A stretch of 64,000 nt of DNA, taken from assembly GCF_030684315.1 (NCBI RefSeq), contig NC_081356.1, forward strand, positions 61,550,835 to 61,614,834. The letters are read 5' to 3'. Both the position numbers and the translations under genes were made by a program. Positions 63,155-64,000 of the stretch are shown in pieces. Each line of letters begins with the position of its first letter. Position 1 is the stretch's first letter. This DNA comes from Stegostoma tigrinum (Eukaryota). Below the pieces are notes generated by a model that was given only the letters and a program-made list of their open reading frames with translations, made no database searches and was not told the origin of the DNA.

Positions 63155-63690
63155 CTGCAAGTCCGTTCTATAGAAAGGATGCTGTGAAACTTGAAAGGGT
63201 CCAGGAATGATATATGAGGATGTTACCAGATTAGGAAGGTTGAGCTATAGGAAGAAGCTAAAAAGGCTGAGGCTATATTCCCTAGAGTGTTGGAGGCTGA
63301 AGCATGATCTTATAGAGTTTCATAAAATCATGAGCGCATGGATAAGGTAAATAGGCAAAGTCTTTTCCCCAAGATGAGTAAGTCCAAAACTAGAGGGCAT
63401 AAGTTTAAGATGAGAAACAAAAGATATAAAAGGAACTTAAGGGGCAACTTCTTCATGCAGAGGATAGTATGTGTATGGAATGAGCTGCCAGAGGAACTGA
63501 CGAAGGCTGGTATGCTTACACCACTTGAAAGGAGTCTGGGTGGATGTATGAATAGGAAGGGTTTGAGGGATATGGGCCAAATGCTGGCAAATAGGATTAG
63601 ACTTATACAGGATATCTTGTCAGCATGGACAAGTTGGATCAAAGGGTCTGTTTCTGTGCTGTAGATGTCTATGACTCAATGACTCTACTG
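63155..63690 (+). mobile_element. CR1 3' fragment
   Basis: FYRKDAVKLERVQ, MDKVNRQSLFP...KTRGHKFK...GNFFMQRIVCVWNELP; tail aagggtctgtttctgtgctgtagatgtctatgactc. Confidence 0.9.
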
Positions 63691-64000
63691 AAGACATGCA
63701 CAGGCTTGGACTCTCCATGTGGGTTCTACATTAGGCTTCCAATCATCAAAAATCCAAACCTTGAAGTTAAGCAAAAATCAGGAGCTTGTACTCTGAGTGA
63801 AACAAAATAGCAGTTACCAGAAATATACAAGGTGAAAAGAAATATTTTTGAATGATTCTTCTTCCATACTTTCATTGATATATTTCATGTGATGAAATCA
63901 TAAAAATGTGCAAAATACTTGAAATTTTCCTGCTTTTAAAGAAGTATTGTTCTACATCTGCACTTTAACTACGTAACACATTCAGATGGGAAAAGAAATC

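Noticed and set aside
1-64000. Orientation bias of retroelements indicating a host transcription direction
   Set aside because: Elements occur on both strands in comparable numbers; the sample is too small.
1-64000. CRISPR array or prokaryotic operon
   Set aside because: No regularly spaced repeat-spacer pattern or gene-dense coding; the sequence is vertebrate repeat-rich DNA.

Overview
Repeat-dense vertebrate DNA (intergenic or large intron). The mix of HE1-like V-SINEs, Deu-domain SINEs, CR1, Rex1/Babar, Penelope-like, Gypsy and Harbinger relics points to a cartilaginous fish, probably a shark (inference). I found no convincing host protein-coding exon or RNA gene; almost every long ORF is a transposon fragment or its antisense shadow. 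Main observations: (1) a CR1-group LINE at 30281-32870 whose 5' end is a tRNA-derived, Deu-domain SINE head joined almost directly to the endonuclease region, while the free SINEs here look like that head plus the same LINE's 3' tail; (2) three Penelope-like families with the same insertion architecture (tail-less inverted terminal repeat, tail-bearing direct repeat, 13-16 bp target duplications, minimal hammerhead ribozyme motifs), including a 440-bp palindrome with a hammerhead on each strand; (3) a ~345-bp CR1/CR1 junction copied 6 kb downstream. Boundaries of old degenerate repeats were estimated by eye and are approximate.
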